DNA of 64,000 nucleotides from an uncultured Pseudomonadales bacterium (GTDB lineage Bacteria > Patescibacteriota > Microgenomatia > UBA1400 > PJMF01), in NCBI GenBank assembly GCA_964433225.1, contig CAYSQA010000001.1:55598-119597 (forward strand). Direction: 5' to 3'. A program made the translations under genes and the position numbers. How positions within the stretch are numbered: position 1 is the stretch's first letter; each line of letters starts with the position of its first letter. Below the pieces are notes generated by a model. That model was not told the DNA's origin. It saw nothing but the letters and a program-made list of their open reading frames with translations, and did not search any database. Below are positions 27,640 to 37,342 of the stretch, piece after piece.

Positions 27640-28110
27640 CTAACCCTTACCAATTTTAAATCTAACTGGTTTGAAATCGGTTTTTTTGATGTCTGGCACG
27701 ATAAATTGAGCGTGAATGTGCTTCACTGTACCAGCTGAATAATTGGTATCACCAAACCTCATGGCAAAACCTCCTCCTGGTAAACTATAATTTTGCTCCA
27801 CCCATTTAAAAAGTTCGATCAATTCTTCTCCAGCACCAGCCGGAATTTCCTGTAAATTCTCAGCATGAGTCTTGAGAATTGCCAAAAAATGATACTTAGT
27901 ATTTTCATAGGGCCAACGATTGGGCGTAATCAACCAAAACTGGCCTTCTTTTATGACCTCTTGCTGATGATATTTTTGAAAATTCTCCAAACAAAATGGA
28001 CAACCACCATCTTCAATAATCTGCTCCATTACTTTGACCTGTTCTGCCTCTCTGGAATTATCGATATCAACAAAAGTAGCCGGTCCAGTGTATTTTTGTG
28101 ATTTGGCCAT
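27640..28110 (-). CDS. HIT-superfamily protein, GalT-like branch (HxHxQ) with CPFC zinc knuckle
   Basis: CPFC...VKHIHAQFIV (HxHxQ rather than HxHxHxx). Confidence 0.6.
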   Translation of the reverse strand: MAKSQKYTGPATFVDIDNSREAEQVKVMEQIIEDGGCPFCLENFQKYHQQEVIKEGQFWLITPNRWPYENTKYHFLAILKTHAENLQEIPAGAGEELIELFKWVEQNYSLPGGGFAMRFGDTNYSAGTVKHIHAQFIVPDIKKTDFKPVRFKIGKG

Positions 28111-28122
28111 AATAAAAACTTT

Positions 28123-29043
28123 CTAAATCGCTACTGGAATATTCCAAATTCCTGGATGTGGGTTATAGTCAGATAAAGTAAAGTCCTCCACTCGATAGTC
28201 AAAAAAATCTTGTTGCTTCTTCATAGTCATCGTTGGTAAAACCTTATCTTCTCTGCCCAACATTTCTTCAACATAAGGTAGTTGATCGACATAAATATGA
28301 GCATCAGAAAAACTATGAACATATTCATAAGCCTCGTAACCAGTAGCCTCCGCAATCATCAGCGTCAAGGCCGCATACTGAGCCAAGTTAGCTGGCAAAC
28401 CAATCGGTGTGTCACTACTTCTTTGAAACATGTGCAGAGTCAACTTATTATTGATGATTCTGATATGAATCCAACCATGACAAGGACAAACTACTACTTT
28501 TTGTTGTTTACCTTTACCTCGAATTGTATATTGTGGGATCCACGGACTGATAAAGTGAGTTCTTAAGTGTGGTCTTTCTTTAATCTGTTCGATGATGTTC
28601 TGAAACTGATTATAAGTAGGTCCCTCAGCGGTAGGAAAATCATGAAAAGCCGCCCCATAACTACCTGGACCCATATCACCTGTTTCTAAACCTCTCTTTT
28701 TACACTTGGCCTCGGTCACCCAATCCTTCCACCAATGACAACCATAACTGGACAGTTCTTCCTGAGTTCTAGCTCCATTAACAAAACCAATAATCTCACC
28801 AATTGCTTGTTGCCAAATCTTGTCGCTAATCTTGCGTTCAGTGATAATCGGGAAACCATTTTCTAGTTTGAAGTGCAGTGAATGAGGAGCAATCAAGGTC
28901 AAAGCATCAACCCCTTGTTGAGATTTGGTCCTAATACCCTCTTTTAAAATTTGTCTCAAGAGATCTTTATATTGATGATCCGGGGTTCTTTTATCTGGTG
29001 GTAAATAATCAAACATAAGACTTCCTGTAATATTAATAGTCAA
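28123..29043 (-). CDS. thyA: thymidylate synthase (ThyA type)
   Basis: CPCHGW catalytic Cys. QRSSD...GLPANLAQYAALT (Asn of dUMP-specific enzymes). DAHIYVDQL. Confidence 0.88.
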   Translation of the reverse strand: MTINITGSLMFDYLPPDKRTPDHQYKDLLRQILKEGIRTKSQQGVDALTLIAPHSLHFKLENGFPIITERKISDKIWQQAIGEIIGFVNGARTQEELSSYGCHWWKDWVTEAKCKKRGLETGDMGPGSYGAAFHDFPTAEGPTYNQFQNIIEQIKERPHLRTHFISPWIPQYTIRGKGKQQKVVVCPCHGWIHIRIINNKLTLHMFQRSSDTPIGLPANLAQYAALTLMIAEATGYEAYEYVHSFSDAHIYVDQLPYVEEMLGREDKVLPTMTMKKQQDFFDYRVEDFTLSDYNPHPGIWNIPVAI

Positions 29044-29251
29044 TGTAACGAAAAAATCTGTAAAAGTCCAGTTAACTATAAACTGCTAATTTTAATTAAT
29101 ATAGTTTATTAAGTTCATAATCTCGTCGATAAAATTTATTTTCAATTTAAATTAAAAACAAACAGATCTCCTCAGATTCACTTAAATCACTATATTAATC
29201 AAAAATTGGCAAAGTTTTATTGTTGGTAAGTTAATACTAAGTAACTTTTTT

Positions 29252-30007
29252 TCACAAACAATACGGCACTTCTTGTTTAAACTGCATAGCCTTGATTCGA
29301 TCAATAATTTTTTCGACTTTAACCTGATCAACTCCGGTAATTTCTTCGATCGTTTTATGTTGATCCAAATACTGAGTCATTACTAAATCGGCTTCTTGAT
29401 AGGAAAAACCAAGTTCAGTTTCATCTGTTTGCTGTGACCATAGACCAGCACTAGGAGCTTTGGTTAAAAAAACTGTTGGTAAACCAAATGTTTCAGCCAC
29501 TATTCTCACTTGAGTTTTGTATAAACTAGTAATTGGCTCGATGTCTGAAGCTCCATCACCAAACCGAGTAAAATAGCCTAAGTATTTCTCTGATTTGTTT
29601 TCCGTCCCACAAACTAAAGCATCGAGTTTTTTGGCTAAATCAAAAACTGCAATCATTCTTGTTCTGGCCATTACATTACCTAGACGAACTTGATCAGTAA
29701 TCTCAAGAGCCTGAGCAATTTGCTCAACAATTGGTTTAATCTGTACCGTAGTGAGATTTGTTTGTGGAATATCGTTCCAATAAATCACAGTCTGAGCATC
29801 AGTCATATCCTGATCTTGATAAGGCAGTAAAATTGGGAAAACATTTTCTGGCCCGATTGCTTTAACCACCAAAGATAAAGCCACAGCACTATCAATCCCA
29901 CCAGAAACAGCAATCACTGCTTTGGTTTTACCAGCCTTGGCAAAAGTCTCTCGTAGAGAGCTAGCTAAACGATCAATGATTTGAGAAGCGTTAAATTCTG
30001 ACATCAT
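29252..30007 (-). CDS. nadE: NH3-dependent NAD+ synthetase
   Basis: PP-loop AVSGGIDSAV. Start moved to the ATGATG that sits 7 nt downstream of a TATAAT hexamer (leaderless-like). Confidence 0.85.
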   Translation of the reverse strand: MMSEFNASQIIDRLASSLRETFAKAGKTKAVIAVSGGIDSAVALSLVVKAIGPENVFPILLPYQDQDMTDAQTVIYWNDIPQTNLTTVQIKPIVEQIAQALEITDQVRLGNVMARTRMIAVFDLAKKLDALVCGTENKSEKYLGYFTRFGDGASDIEPITSLYKTQVRIVAETFGLPTVFLTKAPSAGLWSQQTDETELGFSYQEADLVMTQYLDQHKTIEEITGVDQVKVEKIIDRIKAMQFKQEVPYCL

Positions 30008-30044
30008 AGAAAGTATTATAAACAAGATTTTTACCAACTTTTAA

Positions 30045-30356
30045 CTAGTTGATAGTTTTCTTCACTCTCACCCCAACTTTATCAATCAAAGGAAATGTTT
30101 TTCTAGCTTCAGCCCAAAATTTTTCTGAAAGCTTTTGTGAATACTGACTAAATGCTCCTCGCCCCATCGCCGAACACAAGCGCCGATCCCAATCCCTGAT
30201 CACATCCACTACTTGTTGACCAACTTGATGAAATTTAGCTTCATGCTTGGCTCCTTCCAACTCAAATAGTTGGTGAATACGAAAAAAATCAGCAAATAAC
30301 TGCTTATTTTGTTCTTCCATCAAGATGAAATATTGTTTGTATTTGGCTTGAGACAT
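30045..30356 (-). CDS. hypothetical protein (103 aa) between nadD and nadE
   Basis: ORF packed between the two NAD genes. Helical. No motif recognised. Confidence 0.45.
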   Translation of the reverse strand: MSQAKYKQYFILMEEQNKQLFADFFRIHQLFELEGAKHEAKFHQVGQQVVDVIRDWDRRLCSAMGRGAFSQYSQKLSEKFWAEARKTFPLIDKVGVRVKKTIN

Positions 30357-30362
30357 TTTGGG

Positions 30363-30941
30363 CTACCTATACAAATTGTTATTTTTAATATATTCAATAA
30401 TTTCGTCTTTAACCACAGCAGCAATATCTTCTCCATTAGCTATTTTTTGTCTAACTAAAGTCGAAGAAACCTCGATTTCTTGCATATCTGTCAAAGGAGT
30501 CATATTGTCATAAAGAGGTAAGAAAGAATAACCTTTCCTGGGATAAACATAAAAATGATACTTAGCTAACATTTGTTTAAAATCTCTCCCTTGGCTATCT
30601 CCCCAGAGGTGAAACTTGGCTAGGTTATCTGAACCAATTAACCAAGAAAACTCATGTTCTGGATGTTGTTGGGCTAGAGCATCTAGAGTTTCGTGAGAAT
30701 AACTAATCCCTTTTTTGGTGAGCTCATAAGTCTCGATTCTAGTTCTCTGGTCATCAGCTACCAAAAACTGTAACATCGCCAAACGATGATGATCAGCAGT
30801 AAGTTTTTTGGCAAAAGGGTGAGTTTTGGCTGGTACATACCAAACCTGGTCAGCGATACCTAAATCAAGAATGTTTTTAGTAATTGAATGATGACCTAAA
30901 TGGGGTGGATCAAAAGCTCCGCCAAAGAGAATTATTTTCAT
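30363..30941 (-). CDS. nadD: nicotinate-nucleotide adenylyltransferase
   Basis: ILFGGAFDPPHLGH (HxGH nucleotidyltransferase). SxT/ISYS motif. Confidence 0.88.
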   Translation of the reverse strand: MKIILFGGAFDPPHLGHHSITKNILDLGIADQVWYVPAKTHPFAKKLTADHHRLAMLQFLVADDQRTRIETYELTKKGISYSHETLDALAQQHPEHEFSWLIGSDNLAKFHLWGDSQGRDFKQMLAKYHFYVYPRKGYSFLPLYDNMTPLTDMQEIEVSSTLVRQKIANGEDIAAVVKDEIIEYIKNNNLYR

Positions 30942-30956
30942 GATATTAAAACTAAT

Positions 30957-33125
30957 TTAAGCCTTTTTTTTCTTGATAGTTTTTCTTGCTTTGGTTTTAG
31001 CTGTTTTTGATTTGGGAGCACTTTTCTTATCACCAAAACGCTTCTTTTTTCTTTCTTCTCTGGCCTTTTTCATTTCTTCCCAGTCTTTTTTGGAGATTTT
31101 CAAATCTGGTTCTGGCTTAGACCAACTAGCCCAATCACACTTTGGATAGTTACCACAACCATAAAAAGATTTACCCCACCGACTTGGTTTGATAATAATT
31201 TCTCCTTGACCACAAACAGGACACATTTGACCTGATAATTTTTCCACAATATTCTCGGTAAATTTACATTCAGGGTAACGGCTACAACTTTTGAACCGAC
31301 CAAACCGTCCATCTCGAATCACAATCTCCCCTTTTTCTGTCTTGCCACAATCTGGACAAGGTTCTCCTGTTTTCTCTACTGGGATTTCAGCTCTATCAGC
31401 CTCTTTTTCGACCTCTTTAATCTTGGTAGCTAATGGGTTAAAAAAAGTTTTCACTACTTTTTTCCATTCTTTCTCACCCCGAGCAATACGATCCAAATCC
31501 TCTTCTATCTCTGCAGTAAAGTCATAGTTCATGATTTCTGGAAAGTTTTTTAACAAAAAATCACTCACCACCATCCCAATTTTGGTAGCAAAAAATCTTT
31601 TTTCTTCTCGATTAACATAACCACGATCAACAATCACTGAGATAATACTGGCATAGGTACTAGGCCGACCAATTCCTCTTTTCTCTAGCTCTTTGACCAA
31701 AGAAGCATCATTATATCTAGCAGGAGGTTGAGTGAATTTTTGATTAGCTCGTAAATCAGACTCAAATAAGTTTTGGCCTTTGGTTAAATTTGGTAATAAG
31801 GTGTCACCATTGCCGGCAAATAGTTCTGTCCAACCAGCAAACTCTTTAATCGAACCGTTAGCTTGTAACAAAGCTTGATATTGGTCATTTTTTGCTACAA
31901 CTATTACCTTAGTTTGCTGATAAACAGCAGACTCCATTTGTGAAGCCACAAATCTCCTCCAAATTAAGTCATAGAGTTTTTGTTGTTGTGGAGTTAAATT
32001 AGTCACTTGTTCCGGCAACTGATTAGCATGAGTTGGTCTAATTGCTTCGTGAGCTTCTTGAGCATTTTTTGATTTAGTGGCAAAAATTCTTGGCTGAGTT
32101 GGTAAATATTTATTGCCAAATTTACTTGTAATTAACTCTCGAGCAGCCGCAATCGATTCACTGGCCAGATTGACTGAGTCAGTGCGATGATAAGTAATCA
32201 AACCTTCTTCATAAAGTTGTTGGGCTAAAGACATGGTTTGTTTGGCTGAATAACCAAACTTATTAGCAGCAGCTTGTTGCAAAGTAGAAGTTGTAAATGG
32301 AGGTAAACTTTGACGCTTTCGTTGTTTTTGTTCAATGTCTTGAACAAGATAGCTGGCTTTTGCTAAAAATTTAGTCACATCAATTACATCAGCTTCTGAT
32401 TTGGGTTCATACTTCTTTTTTTGCCAATCGGTAACTTGAGCTATAAAAATATTTTCTGGAAGCTCTTTGAGTTCCCTACCTTCTTGATCAAAAGTCTTCA
32501 ACTGTTTATCTTCAGTATTTAATCCAACCATTACTTCCCAATATTCTTCTGGAACAAAAGCAGCGATTTCTTTTTCTCTTTCAGCAATTAATCTCAACGC
32601 TACTGATTGAACTCGGCCAGCAGACAAACCTCGACGAACTTTTTTCCACAAAACAGGAGAAACCTTATAACCAACCAAACGATCAACTACTCTTCTAGCT
32701 TGCTGAGCATCTACCAAATCCAAAACAATCTCACCTGGCTGCTCAATTGCTTTTAAAACCGCCTCTTTGGTGATCTGATGGAAAGTCGATCTTAAAAACT
32801 TTAAATTGAGTTTTTTGTCATCTAACAAATGTTTGACATGCCAAGCAATTGCTTCCCCCTCTCGGTCAGGATCCATAGCCAGATAAACAGTATCGGATTG
32901 TTTGGCTGCTTTTTTCAATTGAGCCAGAACCTTTTTTTTGTTAGGGCTGACTTCATATTCTGGTTCAAAATCATTTTTAAGATCAACACCCAAACTTTTA
33001 GAGGGCAAATCTCTAATATGACCAACTGAAGCCTCAATAATAAAATCTTTACCCAAATACCCACGAAGCTTTCTTGCCTTGGTGGGAGACTCAACAATCA
33101 CTAGTTTAGCTTTTTTACTCGCCAT
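30957..33125 (-). CDS. topA: DNA topoisomerase I
   Basis: Toprim N-terminus (LVIVESPTKARK), active-site Tyr region, C-terminal zinc ribbons (CPDCG...CPVCG) and basic tail. Confidence 0.9.
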   Translation of the reverse strand: MASKKAKLVIVESPTKARKLRGYLGKDFIIEASVGHIRDLPSKSLGVDLKNDFEPEYEVSPNKKKVLAQLKKAAKQSDTVYLAMDPDREGEAIAWHVKHLLDDKKLNLKFLRSTFHQITKEAVLKAIEQPGEIVLDLVDAQQARRVVDRLVGYKVSPVLWKKVRRGLSAGRVQSVALRLIAEREKEIAAFVPEEYWEVMVGLNTEDKQLKTFDQEGRELKELPENIFIAQVTDWQKKKYEPKSEADVIDVTKFLAKASYLVQDIEQKQRKRQSLPPFTTSTLQQAAANKFGYSAKQTMSLAQQLYEEGLITYHRTDSVNLASESIAAARELITSKFGNKYLPTQPRIFATKSKNAQEAHEAIRPTHANQLPEQVTNLTPQQQKLYDLIWRRFVASQMESAVYQQTKVIVVAKNDQYQALLQANGSIKEFAGWTELFAGNGDTLLPNLTKGQNLFESDLRANQKFTQPPARYNDASLVKELEKRGIGRPSTYASIISVIVDRGYVNREEKRFFATKIGMVVSDFLLKNFPEIMNYDFTAEIEEDLDRIARGEKEWKKVVKTFFNPLATKIKEVEKEADRAEIPVEKTGEPCPDCGKTEKGEIVIRDGRFGRFKSCSRYPECKFTENIVEKLSGQMCPVCGQGEIIIKPSRWGKSFYGCGNYPKCDWASWSKPEPDLKISKKDWEEMKKAREERKKKRFGDKKSAPKSKTAKTKARKTIKKKKA

Positions 33126-33178
33126 ACAACCAACGACTATACACTATCCGGCAAGTATTTCCCAACAACGACTCTTTA

Positions 33179-34261
33179 TTAAAGCTTGGAAAACCACCAT
33201 ATGCCTTGCTCCTTAACCAAATTTTTTAGTTGTAAATTCAACAAACTTGTTTGTAAATCAACTATAGAGAGACGAGTTGCCATAAGTAACTCATCAAAAC
33301 AACAGCGCTTAGTTTGTAAAACTGCTAAAGTTTTCTGTTCATGTTCATTCAAAATCGAGACCAATTGATGATTTTTATCTGGAGAACCTAATAAAGTTTG
33401 TTCAATATCAGCTGGAACCCTCACCAAGCCAGCTCCTTGTTTAAGTAACTCTTGAACTCCTTCAGAGAAAGGACTAAAAATCGAACCTGGTACAGCCCAA
33501 ACATCTCGTCCTAGTTCAGCAGCAACTGTTGCTGTTAACAAACTACCACTATTAATAGCTGCCTCAATTACACACAAATCTTGTGAAAGACCAGCCACCA
33601 AGATGTTTCTAGCAGGAAAATTACCCGGTCTTGGTGCAACATGGGGAGCAAATGGAGAAATAAAACTAGCTCCTCGATTCAAAAAATCAACAAAAAGTCG
33701 TCGATGAGTCGCTGGATACATAAAATCAAAACCAAAACCTAAAACTCCAACTGTTTTCCCTCCAGAATCAAGTGCTGTTTGTTGAGCAATAACATCAACT
33801 CCATACATAAAACCAGAAATAATAACCCTGGTCATTGCCAAATCAGGAACCAAGAACTTAATTACTTGTTCACCATAAGGAGTAATCTTTCTTGTGCCCA
33901 CCACTCCCAAAGTTTGGTTTAACTCTAGTTTTCCACCTTTAACAAATAAAACTGGCGGATAAAAATCGAGATTCTTAAGTAAAACTGGATATTCTTGATC
34001 GTAATGAAACACTACCCGAATATTTTTGGCTAATAATTGCTGATAATATGAGTAACTATTATTTTCTTTTTTAAATCTAAAGATTGAGTTTTCAATCTTT
34101 TTATTTATAGATAAATTCTGCCAAATTGCACCCTTGTTAACCCAAAAATCGGTCTCAGTTACTTCGTGTTTAGTTAGGTAATTTAAAATTTTTAAATAAC
34201 GCTTAACACCCACTCCATCTAAAGAGTAAAGAGCTGTTCTAAATTCTCTGGAATAAACCAT
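33179..34261 (-). CDS. dprA: DNA processing protein DprA (Smf)
   Basis: Rossmann-like DprA core (GVVGTRKITPYG...ISGFMYGVDVIAQQ...). Conserved smf-topA adjacency. Confidence 0.85.
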   Translation of the reverse strand: MVYSREFRTALYSLDGVGVKRYLKILNYLTKHEVTETDFWVNKGAIWQNLSINKKIENSIFRFKKENNSYSYYQQLLAKNIRVVFHYDQEYPVLLKNLDFYPPVLFVKGGKLELNQTLGVVGTRKITPYGEQVIKFLVPDLAMTRVIISGFMYGVDVIAQQTALDSGGKTVGVLGFGFDFMYPATHRRLFVDFLNRGASFISPFAPHVAPRPGNFPARNILVAGLSQDLCVIEAAINSGSLLTATVAAELGRDVWAVPGSIFSPFSEGVQELLKQGAGLVRVPADIEQTLLGSPDKNHQLVSILNEHEQKTLAVLQTKRCCFDELLMATRLSIVDLQTSLLNLQLKNLVKEQGIWWFSKL

Positions 34262-34296
34262 TTAAACTCAAGATAGCAGATAAAAATGACAAGAAT

Positions 34297-36165
34297 TTAG
34301 TTTTCTAAACCAAGTAGCCACTGCCAAATTCCGTAGGCCACTGGTGCAGCATCTCTGGAGCCTTCCATAAAAGGTTGGTTATCATCACTCTCTACCAAAA
34401 CCACTATGGCAATAGTATCTGGAAAACCATGTAGCTTAATTTGCTGTAACCAATGTTGTTTTTCTTGAGCTAAATCTTTTTCTTCTTCTAAAGTGATATC
34501 AATAACTGGGGATTGTTTTGGACTAGTTTCTCCTAAAACTTTAAGTTGGGCTGCCACTAAATCATTAATCCCTCCCACTGTCATCGCAAACCAAGCATGA
34601 GTTCGACGATAACCTCTTTCATCTTCTCCACCAAACTCAGCTGTCCCTGTCTTACAAGCCACCACTCCATTACTAATCAATTTATTAGCTGGTAAATCCC
34701 CTACTTCGGCCAAACGTTGCTGGTTCCAAGAAAAAAACGGGTAGGCTGTTCCACCAGGGGAACAAGCTTCTATCATACCTTGTTCAATCGTTAAGAGATG
34801 GGTTTCAGTCGCTCCCAAAGTACTACATTTACTAGTGGCATCAGTAAATAAAGTAGGTTTACATAATTTACCACCATTACCAAAAGCTTGAACCATTTGC
34901 GCTTGTTGTAAAGGTGTAACCAACAAATCACCTTGCCCAATTCCCATATGAAAAGTATTGCCCAAAAACCATCTTTCACCCAAAGTTTTTTCTTTCCAAC
35001 TTGGGCTAGGAACTAAACCAGCTTTTTCACCTTTTAATTCAATGCCTGTTAATTGACCGAAACCAAGCTCTTCAGCTTGCTCCACCAAAGCCTCTACCCC
35101 CGTCCATTCAGCAGCTCGATAAAAGAAAATATCGTTACTTCTAGCAATTGCCTTGACTAAAGAAATCAGGCCTTCAGTTCGACCATATTGAGTGTAATAC
35201 CAGTTGGCATAACGATACTCACCCACTTCCAAAATTCCTTGATCATCTACCGAAGTTTCAGTGTCGAAAGCTCCTGTTTCTAAACCTGCTAGAGCAGTTA
35301 CTAACTTAAAAATTGATCCAGGAGGGTAGGTTCCATTGATGGCTCGATTAAAAAATAATTTTTTTTCATCTGCCAGATCCAGTCTAAGCTGATTGAGCTT
35401 TTGTTTTTGTTCAGTCTCAATATTAGAAGGACTAAACAAATTACTATTGAATGATGGTGTGCTGAGTAAGGTTAAAACTTGACCAGTATTAGCATCCAAA
35501 ATTACTACTGCTCCAGTTTTATTTTCCATTTTTTTCCAGGCTACTGTTGATAAATAAGGATCCAATGACGTAGTCAGATTTTTGCCTCTGACTGGTTCAA
35601 CCACCGTTGCTTCAGTTAGTTTTTTGCCTAAAGCATTAATTTCAAACTCTCGATAGCCTTTTCTTCCTTTAATCACCTCATCATAAGCAGCTTCCAAGCC
35701 TAGCCGACCAACTTGATCAGTAAGTTGGTAATTTTTCTGCTTTAAATCTTCGGCCGTCACACCAGTGACATAACCCAAAACATGCGATAAAGAAAATGGT
35801 CTTAAATAGTATCTTTGTAGGCTATAACCTACTTCATAAGGGTTAGCAACTTGTAAGGCCAAAGCTTCCTGTTTATTGAGGGGCTTTTTTTCTGGATAGA
35901 GAGCGGTTGGATCCAAAAGTTGGTAATATAATCGTTGATTAATTAATAATGGCTGCCCAAACCTATCAAGGAAAACTCCTCTTTCAGCCGGCATTTCTGC
36001 CCTAAAAACTCGATTTTGATGAGAAATATCAGCAAATTGACTGCCTTGAAAACCTTGCAAGTCAATCACCCTAAAAACTAATAAGCTTAAAGCAAATAAT
36101 AAACTCAAAAAAACAAACTGAACTAACTGACTTTTTCGTTGTTTTTCCATATTCTCGGCCACCAA
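34297..36165 (-). CDS. mrdA: penicillin-binding protein 2-type transpeptidase
   Basis: SIFK (SxxK), SND, KTGTAE motifs. N-terminal TM anchor. Sits downstream of mreCD. Confidence 0.85.
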   Translation of the reverse strand: MVAENMEKQRKSQLVQFVFLSLLFALSLLVFRVIDLQGFQGSQFADISHQNRVFRAEMPAERGVFLDRFGQPLLINQRLYYQLLDPTALYPEKKPLNKQEALALQVANPYEVGYSLQRYYLRPFSLSHVLGYVTGVTAEDLKQKNYQLTDQVGRLGLEAAYDEVIKGRKGYREFEINALGKKLTEATVVEPVRGKNLTTSLDPYLSTVAWKKMENKTGAVVILDANTGQVLTLLSTPSFNSNLFSPSNIETEQKQKLNQLRLDLADEKKLFFNRAINGTYPPGSIFKLVTALAGLETGAFDTETSVDDQGILEVGEYRYANWYYTQYGRTEGLISLVKAIARSNDIFFYRAAEWTGVEALVEQAEELGFGQLTGIELKGEKAGLVPSPSWKEKTLGERWFLGNTFHMGIGQGDLLVTPLQQAQMVQAFGNGGKLCKPTLFTDATSKCSTLGATETHLLTIEQGMIEACSPGGTAYPFFSWNQQRLAEVGDLPANKLISNGVVACKTGTAEFGGEDERGYRRTHAWFAMTVGGINDLVAAQLKVLGETSPKQSPVIDITLEEEKDLAQEKQHWLQQIKLHGFPDTIAIVVLVESDDNQPFMEGSRDAAPVAYGIWQWLLGLEN

Positions 36166-36566
36166 ATAACTCCCTTTGTATAAAAAATCAAAAAAAGAAG
36201 GCTTAAAATCGATTGAACCATTACCCCCATCGAGTAGTAAGTCAAACTAGTCACACTAGTTGTTACCACAATACTCAAATAAATTAGCCACCACCAAAAA
36301 CTTCTGATGTTTTGGTAAAGCCATAATACAATCAAAAAACTAAAGATTAACAGTAGTGAGTTAGAAAAAGCAGTACTTAGTAAAAAACTACTTATAATAA
36401 TTATTGCCCAAGCTGAAACCACTGATGATCTAACAATAATTTGCTGAAGAAAAAAGACGCTTAACCAAGGAAAACCAAACGTCGCTTCAAAAGAAACCAA
36501 AATCACCAATAAAACTAAATTAATTGATAAACGATAAAAGCTATTTAATTTCATTGAGTTGATCAT
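36123..36566 (-). CDS. mreD: rod-shape-determining protein MreD (putative)
   Basis: 147-aa polytopic membrane protein directly after mreC, overlapping the PBP2 gene. Confidence 0.55.
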   Translation of the reverse strand: MINSMKLNSFYRLSINLVLLVILVSFEATFGFPWLSVFFLQQIIVRSSVVSAWAIIIISSFLLSTAFSNSLLLIFSFLIVLWLYQNIRSFWWWLIYLSIVVTTSVTSLTYYSMGVMVQSILSLLFLIFYTKGVIWWPRIWKNNEKVS

Positions 36567-37342
36567 CTTATCTCCACAATTGAACTTTCAAAAAAAGACA
36601 CATACTGTTCAATAACTGCTGTTTGGACTGAACTTGCTAAATCTTGATTAATAAACGAAATTTGACCAAGCAAAACCCCTTGTTCAACTTGACTTTGTCC
36701 CAAAGTATAAATTTTTTCTCCCACCCTGAGTTGGTCGGTTTTATTTATTTCGGTAAATAAAATCTTTCTACCATCTCCCCTTACAATCCCTTCAACTCCT
36801 GATTCAGTTTTGGCCAAGATTGGAGTGGCTTCTTTTTCATGAAGCAAAACAACCTGAGACTCGTGCTCATTGATTTTACTTAATTGGCCAAGTAGTGTCT
36901 CCCGACTAATAACTAAAGCACCTGTTTCTAAATTAAGGTCTTTCCCGCCAGCCACAGCTGGTTTGGCCAATGAAACTACTGGTCTTGTCAGAACTGTTCT
37001 AGTTTGAGGCCGATCAGTATTTTCTAGTAAAAATCTAAGTTCTTGATTTTCCCTTTTTAAAGTTTCTAGCTCTGTTAGAGAGGCTGAGGCCACCGCTAAT
37101 TTCAATTCTAAATCCTGAATATGAACTGCATAGTTAAAAACCTTTTTAACTGAACTTGATTTTGAAACAAACTGATTAGTAAGCTGAACCCACCAATTTT
37201 TACTTGGTTCAATTAAACCGTGATAAATAGTTTGTTGAATCGGCCTAACCAAACCAGTAAGTTCCATAATCAAGATTACCCCACCAATTAAAAGAATCTG
37301 CTCCCAAGTAGTAGTCAGAAACAAATTCTTCTTCATAACCAC
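36563..37342 (-). CDS. mreC: rod-shape-determining protein MreC
   Basis: N-terminal TM, coiled coil (LKLAVASASLTELETLKRENQELRFLLEN), C-terminal beta-domains. Confidence 0.75.
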   Translation of the reverse strand: MVMKKNLFLTTTWEQILLIGGVILIMELTGLVRPIQQTIYHGLIEPSKNWWVQLTNQFVSKSSSVKKVFNYAVHIQDLELKLAVASASLTELETLKRENQELRFLLENTDRPQTRTVLTRPVVSLAKPAVAGGKDLNLETGALVISRETLLGQLSKINEHESQVVLLHEKEATPILAKTESGVEGIVRGDGRKILFTEINKTDQLRVGEKIYTLGQSQVEQGVLLGQISFINQDLASSVQTAVIEQYVSFFESSIVEIR

